From contig JADFYC010000002.1 in NCBI GenBank assembly GCA_015233295.1, positions 1-40,300 of the forward strand: DNA of 40,300 nt. The letters run 5' to 3'. Every line of letters begins with the position of its first letter. Position 1 is the stretch's first letter. A program made the position numbers and the translations under genes. Below, in pieces: positions 15,314 to 25,470 of this stretch. The notes below the pieces were generated by a model, which saw only the letters and a list, made by a program, of their open reading frames with translations, did not search any database and was not told the DNA's origin. The stretch is from Deltaproteobacteria bacterium (GTDB lineage: Bacteria; Desulfobacterota; JADFXK01).

Positions 15314-17949
15314 ATGGATCTAAAGAAGTCGTTTCGTTTTGCCTGGTCACCATATGTCGTGGCCATAATGGTCACCGCGGCCGGCGCCGCCCTGCGGGTG
15401 TGGCCACTGCAATCTCTGGGTTTGCGTCTTTGTTTTTTAACTTTTTATCCGGCGGTTACGGTCTCGGCTCTTTATGGAGGCATTGTTTCCGGTTTATTAT
15501 GTACAATTCTCTCCGCTTCTATTATATTGTTCTTATGGCCGATGTACGCCGGTCAACCCGTTATCCGCGATTTTGCCGACTGGCTGGGCATGGCCGTCTT
15601 CCTCATAAACGGTGCGCTGATCTCGGGTGTCTGTGAGGCGATGCTGCGAGCCAACATCCGGGCGAAGCTGGCCAAGGAGCAGGCCGAAGCAGCCAATCAG
15701 ACCAAAGGCCAATTTCTGGCCAACATGAGTCATGAGATTCGGACCCCCATGAATGCCATTGTCGGCTTGAGCCACCTGGCCCTGAAAACGGACCTGAGTC
15801 CCAAGCAACGTGACTATCTAAGCAAAATTCAATCCTCCTCCCGCTCCCTGCTGGGCATCATCAACGACCTCTTGGACTTCGCCAAAATCGAAGCTAAAAA
15901 AATCCAAATCGAAGCTACCAGGTTTGATTTAGGCCAAGTGTTGGATGAGATATACAACATGATTGGCCAAAAGGCCGATGAAAAAGGATTGGAGATTGTT
16001 TTCCGGATCGATCCCGACGTCCCCACCGCCCTGCTTGGTGATCCTTTGCGGTTGGGCCAGGTGTTGACCAACCTGGTCAATAATGCCGTTAAATTCACCG
16101 AAGCCGGCGAGATCGTGGTGTCCGCGGAACTGGTATCCCGGCGCGACCATCGGGTGGCCGTCAGATTTTGCGTCAGAGATACCGGCATCGGCCTGACTGA
16201 AGAACAGAAGTCGAAGCTCTTCCACGCCTTTAGTCAGGCTGACGAATCTACAACTCGGAGGTATGGCGGCACTGGACTGGGCCTGGCCATCAGCAAGCGG
16301 CTGGTTGAACTCATGGGCGGGAATATTCAGGTGGAAAGCATCCTGGGGCAGGGAAGCGCTTTCATCTTCACCATTGATCTTGGTCTGCAGCCCAAGGGGT
16401 CGGGAAAATCGCCGGGCGCACCGGTCGACCTACATGGGTTAAGAGTCATGGTGGTGGATGATAGCGCCTCGTCACGGGAAATTTTAGAGAGCATCCTGGT
16501 TTCTTTTTCCTTTCAGGTCAAAACCGTTGATTCCGGTCCGGCCGCCCTGGCCGAGCTGGCCCGCATCACAGATCAGGAAGAACCACCCTACGACCTCGTC
16601 CTGCTGGACTGGAAGATGCCGGAGATGGATGGAATCGAAACAGCCCGGCGGATCAAGCATCATCCCAAATTGACTAAAATCCCAACTCTATTCATGGTTA
16701 CGGCCTATGGCCGGGAAACCGTCATGCACCAGGCTGAAGAATTAGGGATAGAGGGTTTCCTGGTTAAGCCGGTCAGTGAATCCCTCCTGTTGGCCGCCAT
16801 TATGAATGTCTTCCAACGGGAAGGCGACAGACCCCGGCACATTTTGCCGCCGGAAAATATCCAAACAGAGACGTTGGAGGCGATTCGGGGGGCCCATGTC
16901 CTGGTCGTGGAGGATAACGAGATTAATCAGCAGGTCGCCCGAGAAATTCTGGAGGGAGCCGGATTAAATGTCAAGCTGGCCGGCAATGGTCAAAAAGCGG
17001 TGGAAATGGTTGCAGATATGTTCCCCCAGTTAGATGTGGTGTTGATGGACTTGCAGATGCCGGTGATGGACGGCTACGAGGCCGCTCGGTTGATCCGCCG
17101 GGATCTGGGCATCCTGGATTTGCCCATTATTGCCATGACCGCCCACGCGTTGGTCACGGAAAAGCCGAAGTGCCTGGAAGCCGGCATGAACGATCATATT
17201 CCCAAACCGGTCGATCCGGAAGAACTGCTGTCCACCCTGGCCGGATGGATCAAACCAGATCCCGAAGGCCGGCGACGGTTCAGCCCCCGTCCGACGCCTC
17301 CTCAGGATGAGGCTGGTCCGACCCAACTTCCAGATACCCTTCCCGGACTTGATATCGCTGCGGCGCTCAAAAGGCTGAATGGAAATCAGGCTTTCCTGAT
17401 AAAATTACTCCAAGACTTTCATTGTGATTTTTGTGAAGTGAGAGACAGACTGCATCAGTCTTTAAAGAACAAAGACTATGCCTCAGCCCAACGAACGGCC
17501 CACACCTTGAAGGGAGTAGCCGGGAACCTCTCCGCCAAGGGCATATCCGATGCCGCCGCGGCCCTGGAGACAGCTATAGAACAGGGCGCCGCAGCCCGGT
17601 ATCCGGTACTGCTGGATAAACTAGACCAGGTCCTGTCTCCGCTAATTGAGTCCATATCTCATCTCTTTTTAGTTCAGGCACAGGATCAGCCGACTGAGAC
17701 GGAATCACCACCCGGCCGGAAATATGATCCCGAGCGCCTGACCACCCTGTTAATCGAATTTGATGACCTCTTGAAAAGAAACAACATGTCCGCCAGGAAA
17801 CATTTTTCTTTGCTCAAAGATCATTTGCCTGGGAAGGAGTTCCAAGAAGGAATGAAGCAGATCGAAGTCTTGATGGACAAACTTGACTTCAAAGGCGCCA
17901 GGGCGTCGCTCCAATCCATCGCCCAAGCCCTGAATGTGATTTTACCTTA

Positions 17950-17950
<1 letters not shown>
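15314..17950 (+). CDS. Hybrid sensor histidine kinase: DUF4118-like membrane domain, HisKA, HATPase_c, two REC domains and a C-terminal Hpt
   Basis: The H-box is [11 protein letters not shown]. The N, G1 and G2 boxes are [16 protein letters not shown] and GGTGLGLAI. The REC motifs are [11 protein letters not shown] and [11 protein letters not shown]. The Hpt motif is [13 protein letters not shown] 15314 is preceded by AGGTGAAGG, so I prefer it to TTG 15287. Confidence 0.9.
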
Positions 17951-18861
<911 letters not shown>

Positions 18862-18865
18862 ACGG

Positions 18866-18922
18866 GTTGCGTGTTACATGTTACAGGTTACAAGTTTTTT
18901 GGTTACACGTTACTGGTTTGGG
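18866..18922 (+). repeat. Heptamer array of 8 units with one 1-nt phase slip
   Basis: The units read gttgcgt gttacat gttacag gttacaa gtttttt g gttacac gttactg gtttggg. The array begins 5 nt after the GGDEF stop. Confidence 0.85.
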
Positions 18923-19058
18923 GTCCGCTTGCATCGTCAGGCCTGTTCCGATTTAAACAGTAACTTACATAAATTAGTTTAATTGATTAGGGCAGAAATA
19001 AGCTGGTCCGGGTCAAAACACGACGCTTCGCACCGGAGATAGAAACGAAACCGGGACC

Positions 19059-19093
19059 CAACAACATGCAACATGTAATATGTAACCTGCAAC
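19059..19093 (-). repeat. Heptamer array of 5 units, inverted relative to 18866-18922
   Basis: The + strand reads caacaac atgcaac atgtaat atgtaac ctgcaac. The array ends 4 nt from the EF-G stop codon (19097-19099). Confidence 0.8.
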
Positions 19094-19096
19094 AGC

Positions 19097-21133
19097 CTAG
19101 TCCACCTGGTCGTAATGAGAGAAGTACATGGTGAAGGAACCGCGACCCTGGGTGGCGGAGCGGATGGCGGTAGAGTAGCCGAACATCTGTCTTAGAGGTA
19201 CGGAAGCCTGGAGTACGCTGATTTTTGCCCTGGGGGTGATGCCCTCTATTTTACCGCGACGGGCGTTCAAATCACCGATAACTTCACCCAAGAAATCCTC
19301 CGGGACGACCACCTCCACCCGCATGATCGGCTCCAACAAGATGACCTGGGCCTTGGCGCAGGCCGCCTTAAAAGCCAAGGCAGAGGCGATCTTAAAGGCC
19401 ATTTCGCTTGAAAAATCGGGATGGACTGATACGCTCAGGAGTTCGGCCCGGACATCCACCATGGGATATCCGGCAGATACGCCGCCGGCCATGGATTCCA
19501 TGACCCCTTCTTCGATGGGGGCGAGGAAATGAGCGGAAAGGAGTTCCTCACTGACCTGGTTGATGAATCGGTTGCCGCTGCCCCTGGTGCGGGGTGAAAC
19601 CCGCAGTGTGACCGTGGCCCGATGGTGGGATCCGGCCAGCTCGCGGTCAAATGTTTCGGTGTATTCAGCCTTTTCCTTGACGCACTCACGGTAAACGACC
19701 TGGGGCTTGCCCACATTCACATCCAGGTTGTGCTCCCGTTTGATGCGGTGGACCAGCACCTCCAGATGGAGTTCTCCCATGCCGGATATAATTGTCTGAC
19801 CGGTGTCCTCATCCTGGTTAAAATGGAAGGTGGGATCTTCTTCAGCCAGGGATTGGAGTACCTGGAACAGCTTTTCTTGATCACCGATCGATTTAGGTTC
19901 CACTGCAACCGAAATGACCGGTTCGTAAATATCAATGGGCTCCAGCAAGATCGGATGGTCTTTGGGACACAGCGTATCGCCGGTTTTGGTTTTTTTCAAC
20001 CCCATGACGGCCACGATGTCTCCTGCCGCGGCCGCGTCCAATCGCTCCCTTTTATTGGAGTGCATTTTCAGAATTCGGGAAACTTTTTCAAAGGACTGAC
20101 GGGTGGGATTGTAGACCTCGGCCCCGGTGGCGAGCTTGCCGGAATAGATGCGCAGATAAGCCACCTTGCGGCCCTGATCCATCTGGATCTTAAAGGCCAG
20201 GGCAGACAGAGGCTGGGTATCGGCCGATGGTCGCGTAACGTTATCCCCGGTGTTGGGATCATGGCCGGAAACCGGCGGAACATCCAGGGGGGTGGGTAAG
20301 TAGCTGACAATCCCGTCCAGCAATGGTTGCACGCCCTGGTTCCTTAAGGCCGCACCGCAGAAAACAGGCACAATCTTGAGGCCGATGGTTCCCCGCCGAA
20401 TAGCGGCCTGGAGATCCTTCAGCGGTACTTCTGTTTCAGCCAGGTACTTTTCCATAATCCCATCGTCAAAATCAGCGGCCTTCTCTATCAACTGTTCTCG
20501 ATATTCTAAGGCCGTCTCCAGGTCGTCTTCGGGGATGTCGCGCTCCTCAAGCTCCATTCCCAGCGATTCTTTACGCCAGACGATCCACTTCATTTTAATC
20601 AGATCAATCACCCCGTCAAAGGTCTCTTCCTGACCATGGGGCAACTCCAACAACAGGGGATCAGCATGGAGCCGGTCCTTGATCATGTCGACGCAATTAA
20701 AAAAGTTGGCCCCCACTCGGTCCATCTTGTTGATAAACACGATCTTGGGCAAATGATATTTATCCGCCTGACGCCAAACCGTCTCGGACTGGGGTTCCAC
20801 CCCGCCCACCGCGCAAAAGACACCTATCGCTCCGTCTAATACCCGAAGGGATCGTTCCACTTCGATGGTGAAGTCCACGTGGCCGGGGGTGTCAATAATA
20901 TTGATCACCGCTTCTTTCCAGAGGCAGGTGGTCACCGCCGAGGTGATGGTGATGCCGCGCTCTTGTTCCTCCGGCATCCAGTCCATGATGGCCTCGCCAT
21001 CGTGCACCTCGCCCATTTTATGTGATTTACCGGTATAATATAGGATGCGTTCGGTCAAGGTCGTCTTGCCGGCGTCAATGTGGGCCATGATACCGATGTT
21101 TCGGATTTTTTGTAGTCTAGATGGGGCAGCCAT
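19097..21133 (-). CDS. fusA: Elongation factor G paralogue (translational GTPase), outside an str operon context
   Basis: The G1 motif is [15 protein letters not shown]3 is DTPGHVDF and G4 is NKMD. Domain II-V conservation runs to the C-terminus. I prefer ATG 21133 ([12 protein letters not shown]...) to the extended track start at 21178. Confidence 0.9.
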   Translation of the reverse strand: MAAPSRLQKIRNIGIMAHIDAGKTTLTERILYYTGKSHKMGEVHDGEAIMDWMPEEQERGITITSAVTTCLWKEAVINIIDTPGHVDFTIEVERSLRVLDGAIGVFCAVGGVEPQSETVWRQADKYHLPKIVFINKMDRVGANFFNCVDMIKDRLHADPLLLELPHGQEETFDGVIDLIKMKWIVWRKESLGMELEERDIPEDDLETALEYREQLIEKAADFDDGIMEKYLAETEVPLKDLQAAIRRGTIGLKIVPVFCGAALRNQGVQPLLDGIVSYLPTPLDVPPVSGHDPNTGDNVTRPSADTQPLSALAFKIQMDQGRKVAYLRIYSGKLATGAEVYNPTRQSFEKVSRILKMHSNKRERLDAAAAGDIVAVMGLKKTKTGDTLCPKDHPILLEPIDIYEPVISVAVEPKSIGDQEKLFQVLQSLAEEDPTFHFNQDEDTGQTIISGMGELHLEVLVHRIKREHNLDVNVGKPQVVYRECVKEKAEYTETFDRELAGSHHRATVTLRVSPRTRGSGNRFINQVSEELLSAHFLAPIEEGVMESMAGGVSAGYPMVDVRAELLSVSVHPDFSSEMAFKIASALAFKAACAKAQVILLEPIMRVEVVVPEDFLGEVIGDLNARRGKIEGITPRAKISVLQASVPLRQMFGYSTAIRSATQGRGSFTMYFSHYDQVD

Positions 21134-21413
21134 GGTGGTTACATTCCTAAGTGGCGACGGGTCGCTAGCCCGGGTCAATGACCCTTAGTTAATCTGTGGT
21201 AACATTTAGACAAAAAAAAGATACGCCGTTTCCTTGAAATGTGATAATGTAAGGGATTATGGACCAGCCTGTCAAGGTAAAAACCTGCTCTCGACTATTT
21301 AACTGGAGACACCAGGGGATATCTGCGCCTCTTTGACGAGGGGATTATACACCAGGGCTCTCTTCTTATCCCTCTGCGCCCGCCGCGGTTAGGCTCTTAA
21401 AAAAAGGGAAATA

Positions 21414-22625
21414 ATGCAAACCAAGATTGGCTACGATGAAGCTTTTAATCTGACGCTCAACCGAATCGGGGAAACGTCCCATGAAGAAGCAGGAATTTTA
21501 GACCTGTCGGGCCGCATCCTGGCCGAAGCGGTGACGGCCAAGGTGGATAGCCCCATGAACGATGTGTCCCGAAAAGACGGGTTCGCCGTTTTTTCCCAAG
21601 ATGTGCATGGAGCTTCGCCGGATCGGCCGGTAGGTCTGCCGTGTGACGGATTTACCGGGGCTGGAGACACCCGCGAACTGCAGTTGCAACCGGGGCGAAC
21701 CATGAAGATTATGACCGGCGCTCGTCTCCCGGCCGGAGCGGACGCGGTCCTGGCCGGCGAATTTTGTGAGGAACAAATCGAGTTGGTCAAGTGTTTCGGT
21801 GAGGCTGAACCTGGCCGGAATATCCTGCCACATGGTACGGATGTGACCAAAGGTGAAGTGATCGCCCGCCGCGGGGACCTGGTCACTCCGGCCTTGATGG
21901 GCCTCTTAGCTGCGGCGGGGTGCGACCGGGTCAGGGTGTTTCGCCGCGTCAGGGTGGCCGTGATCGCCACTGGAAATGAAATCACCCTTCCCGGCCGGCC
22001 TCTGTCCCCTGGTGCCGTCTACGCCAGCAACCTGGTTGAGACCACTGGGTGGCTGCAGCGCTTTGGGATGATCCCGGTCCATGCCCAGGCCCCGGATGAC
22101 TCGCCGGCCCTTACCCAGACCATTTTGGACCTGGCGCCTCAGGTAGACGCTCTGGTGTCCAGCGGCGGCGCCTGGACCAGTGAGCGGGATTTGATGCTGA
22201 CCGTGCTCCAGGGCCTGGGATGGCAAGGCATTTACCACCGGGTCAGGATGGGACCCGGCAAAGCAGTGGGGTTCGGTCTTTATCAGGGACGACCATTTTT
22301 TATCTTGCCCGGCGGTCCGCCTTCACACGAGCTGGCCTGGCTCAAACTGGCTTTGCCCGGATTGTTGGCCTTTTCCGGATATCACGGCCCGGCCTTCCCG
22401 GTGGTCAAGGCGCGGTTGACCGAAACGGTCCGGGGGGTGAGAGACTGGACCCAGTTTATTCATGCTCAAATAAATCCGACACCCACTCACCTGGAAGTCA
22501 CCCCCTTTAAACCGACCAGCCGGCTAAAATCCATGGCCCGCAAGGACACCGTGATCACTATACCGGAAGGTCAGGAGGAGATCCTGGCCGGGACGGTTGT
22601 TGATGTTGAATTATTGAGGAGTTAA
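21414..22625 (+). CDS. moeA: Molybdopterin molybdenumtransferase MoeA
   Basis: The roughly 400-aa length and MoeA-type motifs fit: SPMNDVSRKDGFAV, IMTGARLPAGADAV, VAVIATGNEI and VSSGGAWTSERD. Confidence 0.8.
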   Translation: MQTKIGYDEAFNLTLNRIGETSHEEAGILDLSGRILAEAVTAKVDSPMNDVSRKDGFAVFSQDVHGASPDRPVGLPCDGFTGAGDTRELQLQPGRTMKIMTGARLPAGADAVLAGEFCEEQIELVKCFGEAEPGRNILPHGTDVTKGEVIARRGDLVTPALMGLLAAAGCDRVRVFRRVRVAVIATGNEITLPGRPLSPGAVYASNLVETTGWLQRFGMIPVHAQAPDDSPALTQTILDLAPQVDALVSSGGAWTSERDLMLTVLQGLGWQGIYHRVRMGPGKAVGFGLYQGRPFFILPGGPPSHELAWLKLALPGLLAFSGYHGPAFPVVKARLTETVRGVRDWTQFIHAQINPTPTHLEVTPFKPTSRLKSMARKDTVITIPEGQEEILAGTVVDVELLRS

Positions 22626-22800
22626 GCTCAATCTGGATTGACCGTGCTGATACGGTCGAAAGTTGGTGGATGCTAATGCGGCCTTTGCCGATGGGTGCCG
22701 GTGTTCATCCCGGCAGGAGAATATAAACAAAGTTTCTTGATTGCTGCATTGTCTTGTGGTTTCCGATCCTCCGGCCCCCTATTTGGTGTGTTGATGACGG

Positions 22801-23466
22801 ATGAAGAGAATGAGAGTCCGATGGTTGTTAGTCCTGGCCCTGATCTGGCGGCTTTGTCTTATGCCGGGGCAGGTGGAGGCGAAGCGGGGCTGCTGCGCTG
22901 GGCACGGCGGGATGTGTGGCGGCAAATGTTGCGACGGCACACCATTAAGTGTCAAATGTTCGGGAGCAGGGAAGAGCAGTGGGGCTGCCCCTGGGAAAGG
23001 TCGTCAGAGTCCTTCGTCAGCCGGCGGTGTTACCCCGGACACATCGGGCGACCGGCAGGCGGATGATCCATCCCGGACAATCACCCCCTGGCATCAATTC
23101 ACGCCGAGGTTACCTCATGCCGCCGGAGTGTATCTGGAACAAGGGGACATTTACCTGGCCCATGAGGAGTACCACCGGGCTATCCGGGAATATAACGACG
23201 CCCTGGAAAAGGAACCCAAGAATGCCGTAGCCTTTAATAACCGCGGCATCGCCTACTATCACCTGGGGCAGTATGCCGAGGCCATTTCCGATTACGACCA
23301 GGCCATTATATTAGACCCCGGATATGCCAAAGCCTATTTCAATCGAGGACTGGCCCGTCATAAGTCCGGAGAACCGGACAGGGCGTTGAGTGATTTTAAG
23401 ACGTCAGCCCGGTTAGGCCACGGATCGGCGCAGGAATGGCTTAAATCTAAGGGATCCACCTGGTGA
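22801..23466 (+). CDS. Secreted TPR-repeat protein with a Cys/Gly-rich N-terminal segment
   Basis: The signal peptide is MKRMRVRWLLVLALIWRLCLMPGQVEA. The Cys-rich block is KRGCCAGHGGMCGGKCCDGTPLSVKC. Three TPR units follow (AFNNRGIAYYHLGQY, AYFNRGLARHKSG). The overlapping ORF 22695-23066 was rejected. Confidence 0.7.
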   Translation: MKRMRVRWLLVLALIWRLCLMPGQVEAKRGCCAGHGGMCGGKCCDGTPLSVKCSGAGKSSGAAPGKGRQSPSSAGGVTPDTSGDRQADDPSRTITPWHQFTPRLPHAAGVYLEQGDIYLAHEEYHRAIREYNDALEKEPKNAVAFNNRGIAYYHLGQYAEAISDYDQAIILDPGYAKAYFNRGLARHKSGEPDRALSDFKTSARLGHGSAQEWLKSKGSTW

Positions 23467-23658
23467 TCCGCCCTTTACCCTTGCGTTATGTTTAATAAAA
23501 TGTTACAAAGCGGCTTGTTCTTTTATTGAAGACCACCTGGAAGGCCGGGACCCAAAGGAGGTGAAAAGAGCCGTACCGCTTGTTAGTCCTTGGATGTCAG
23601 GCCGTGGAACTATCCTTAATTGATCTGCCATACACATCGGTAAACCAAGGGGGACATA

Positions 23659-24171
23659 ATGAAATTATTGAGATTATCAGGAGTCGGTTTATTAGTCGCG
23701 GGACTGGTCACGGCTTTCTCCGGACTATCCCTGGCTCAAGGGACGGCCACCCCCCAGGAGATCGTCAAAAAGGTCCGGGAGGCGGCAGCCTTTCTAAGCA
23801 AATCCGGTGAAAGCGGCCTGGCCGAGTTCAATAAGAAAAAATCGAACGGGGTCTGGAAAGACACCTATATTTTTGTTTATGATTGCGAAAAAGGGACCAT
23901 CGCGGCCCATTCCCAGCAACCTGGCCTGATTGGTAAAAGTCTGACAGGGCTGAAGGACGTCAAGGGAAACCTCTTTTTTGTTCAGCTCTGCGACGCGGCT
24001 AATAAACCCGGAGGAGCCTGGGTGGAATACTGGTGGCCAAAGCCGGGCACCAAGGAACCATCTAGAAAGATCAGCTTTATGCTCCAGGCCGGCAGTTCAC
24101 CCTACCAGGTCGGCGCCGGAATTTATGATGACAAGATGAGTCTCGATGAACTTCACAAGGTGGTTAACTAG
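23659..24171 (+). CDS. Periplasmic single-Cache (sCache_2-like) domain protein with no output domain
   Basis: An AAGGGGGA RBS precedes the start and a signal peptide ends LSLAQG. The Cache-like pattern is YIFVYDCEKGTIAAHSQQPGLIGKSL..LKDVKGN...GGAWVEYWWPKPG...K.SF....YQVGAGIY. Confidence 0.65.
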   Translation: MKLLRLSGVGLLVAGLVTAFSGLSLAQGTATPQEIVKKVREAAAFLSKSGESGLAEFNKKKSNGVWKDTYIFVYDCEKGTIAAHSQQPGLIGKSLTGLKDVKGNLFFVQLCDAANKPGGAWVEYWWPKPGTKEPSRKISFMLQAGSSPYQVGAGIYDDKMSLDELHKVVN

Positions 24172-24251
24172 ATAATGCTCCCGGGAGACGCACTCTCCCG
24201 CGTCTCTATGGCCAAGGGAGCAAACTGAATTTATTGATATTTTTTAGTTTT

Positions 24252-25157
24252 TCATTTCACACATGGGACAAGGCGGGGCTTCTTCTTTTTATCCTCATAC
24301 ATACATGCGTCGGCGCGGGAGAGAAGATCGTCAAAACTGCATGGCTGACCAGGGTGGTAGTGAACAATACCCGAGCTTATTGATATGTTGTATGGTCTCA
24401 AGTCATTTGCATTTCTATTATCCGTGACTTTCTTTAGTCTTTCGGCCAGAAGTCCGTCGCCGAGGGGTGCTTCCTCCAAGCCAATGACCACAAATTCATC
24501 GCCGCCGATCCGGGCGATAATGTCTGATTCCCGGAATACTTTTTTTAGGGATTCCGTAGTGTTTATGAGGGCCGTATCGCCTGCTTTATGGCCAAGGGAA
24601 TCATTGATCCATTTAAAGTTGTCCAGGTCTATGAACACAAGGAACATTTTTTTGTTTAGCCGGTCGGCGATCTTTAGTTGTTGTGGGGCAACGGTCTCTA
24701 ATCCACGCCGGTTATATAAGCCGGTTAGGGGATCAGTAAGTGATAACGCGTTAGTCGCCGACAAGAGACGATGCCGTTCTATGGCGCAACGGATAGCAAG
24801 CACTAAAAGATCATAATTTACCCGCCCCTTGATCAGATAGTCCTGGGCGCCATGCTGAACAGACTTTATGGCCAGTTCTTCATCGTCAATACCGGTCAAT
24901 ATGATTATTGGTATTTCAGGAAACTCATGATGGATTTTGGAATAAGTATCGAACCCATCCGAGTCCGGTAAAACCAAGTCAAGCAATATGATGTCGATCT
25001 CTTTACCGGAGAGGCAGGCCAGAGCCGTAGCCAGGCTGCCCCTATGTTCCAACACAAAATTAATACCTTGAGACCCCGAGAGAATTTCTTCGATCATGGA
25101 ACTAATTATAATGTCATCTTCAACTATTAGGACCCTAACTTGCATTCTTTCCTCCAA
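24252..25157 (-). CDS. Response regulator diguanylate cyclase (REC-GGDEF) with an I-site
   Basis: The REC motif is IILLDLVLPDSDG. The GGDEF region is RESDIIARIGGDEF. A GGAGGA RBS lies just upstream of the ATG. Confidence 0.9.
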   Translation of the reverse strand: MEERMQVRVLIVEDDIIISSMIEEILSGSQGINFVLEHRGSLATALACLSGKEIDIILLDLVLPDSDGFDTYSKIHHEFPEIPIIILTGIDDEELAIKSVQHGAQDYLIKGRVNYDLLVLAIRCAIERHRLLSATNALSLTDPLTGLYNRRGLETVAPQQLKIADRLNKKMFLVFIDLDNFKWINDSLGHKAGDTALINTTESLKKVFRESDIIARIGGDEFVVIGLEEAPLGDGLLAERLKKVTDNRNANDLRPYNISISSGIVHYHPGQPCSFDDLLSRADACMYEDKKKKPRLVPCVK

Positions 25158-25361
25158 ATAGATGCACTCTTAGCCGCAGTCTCCCTCACAGGTGAACGAT
25201 CTGCCTACAGTTTTCAGCCAAAAACGACATATTAGGGTCTTCCCCTCATCATAGTCTGTCGGATCGAGATAACTAACCGGAGTCTGGTATTTTTTATCAC
25301 GGGTGCTGAAAGATGTCCGCCGATTGCGTACGAAGGAGAGTCTACTTATATTCCATAGCTT

Positions 25362-25391
25362 ATCATAAAGGGGAAAATCCACCGATGTCAA
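25362..25391 (-). promoter_or_regulatory. Candidate sigma70 promoter TTGACA-N18-TATGAT reading toward the REC-GGDEF gene
   Basis: On the minus strand, TTGACA is at 25391-25386 and TATGAT at 25367-25362. This implies a leader of about 200 nt before ATG 25157. Pattern match only. Confidence 0.3.
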
Positions 25392-25470
25392 CCGAATTTT
25401 TCCGGTTTCTATTTTAGAGAAGTCCTATAATTTATATATAGTTGATGGTAGATAGAAGATAGACTTACGC

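Noticed and set aside
19622-20299. 225-aa plus-strand ORF opposite EF-G
   Set aside because: It is an antisense shadow of a highly conserved translational GTPase gene.
21179-21413. A Moco riboswitch in the 235-nt leader upstream of moeA
   Set aside because: The context makes it plausible, and small hairpins exist (cctc tttgac gagg). I could not recognise the conserved Moco-motif core by eye. It needs an Infernal/Rfam scan before any claim.
22695-23066. 123-aa ORF overlapping the start of the TPR protein gene
   Set aside because: It has a GTG start with no RBS and overlaps, in another frame, a gene with a clear signal peptide and TPR repeats.
24172-24251. A bidirectional terminator between the Cache gene and the REC-GGDEF gene (gagacgc ... 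gcgtctc)
   Set aside because: A 7-bp stem exists, but there is no flanking U-run on either strand. That is insufficient to call an intrinsic terminator.
25170-25391. 73-aa ORF between the kinase and the second REC-GGDEF gene
   Set aside because: Its only start is a TTG that coincides with the -35 hexamer of a near-consensus promoter. It has no ATG and no recognisable domain. I kept it only as a caveat in the leader finding.
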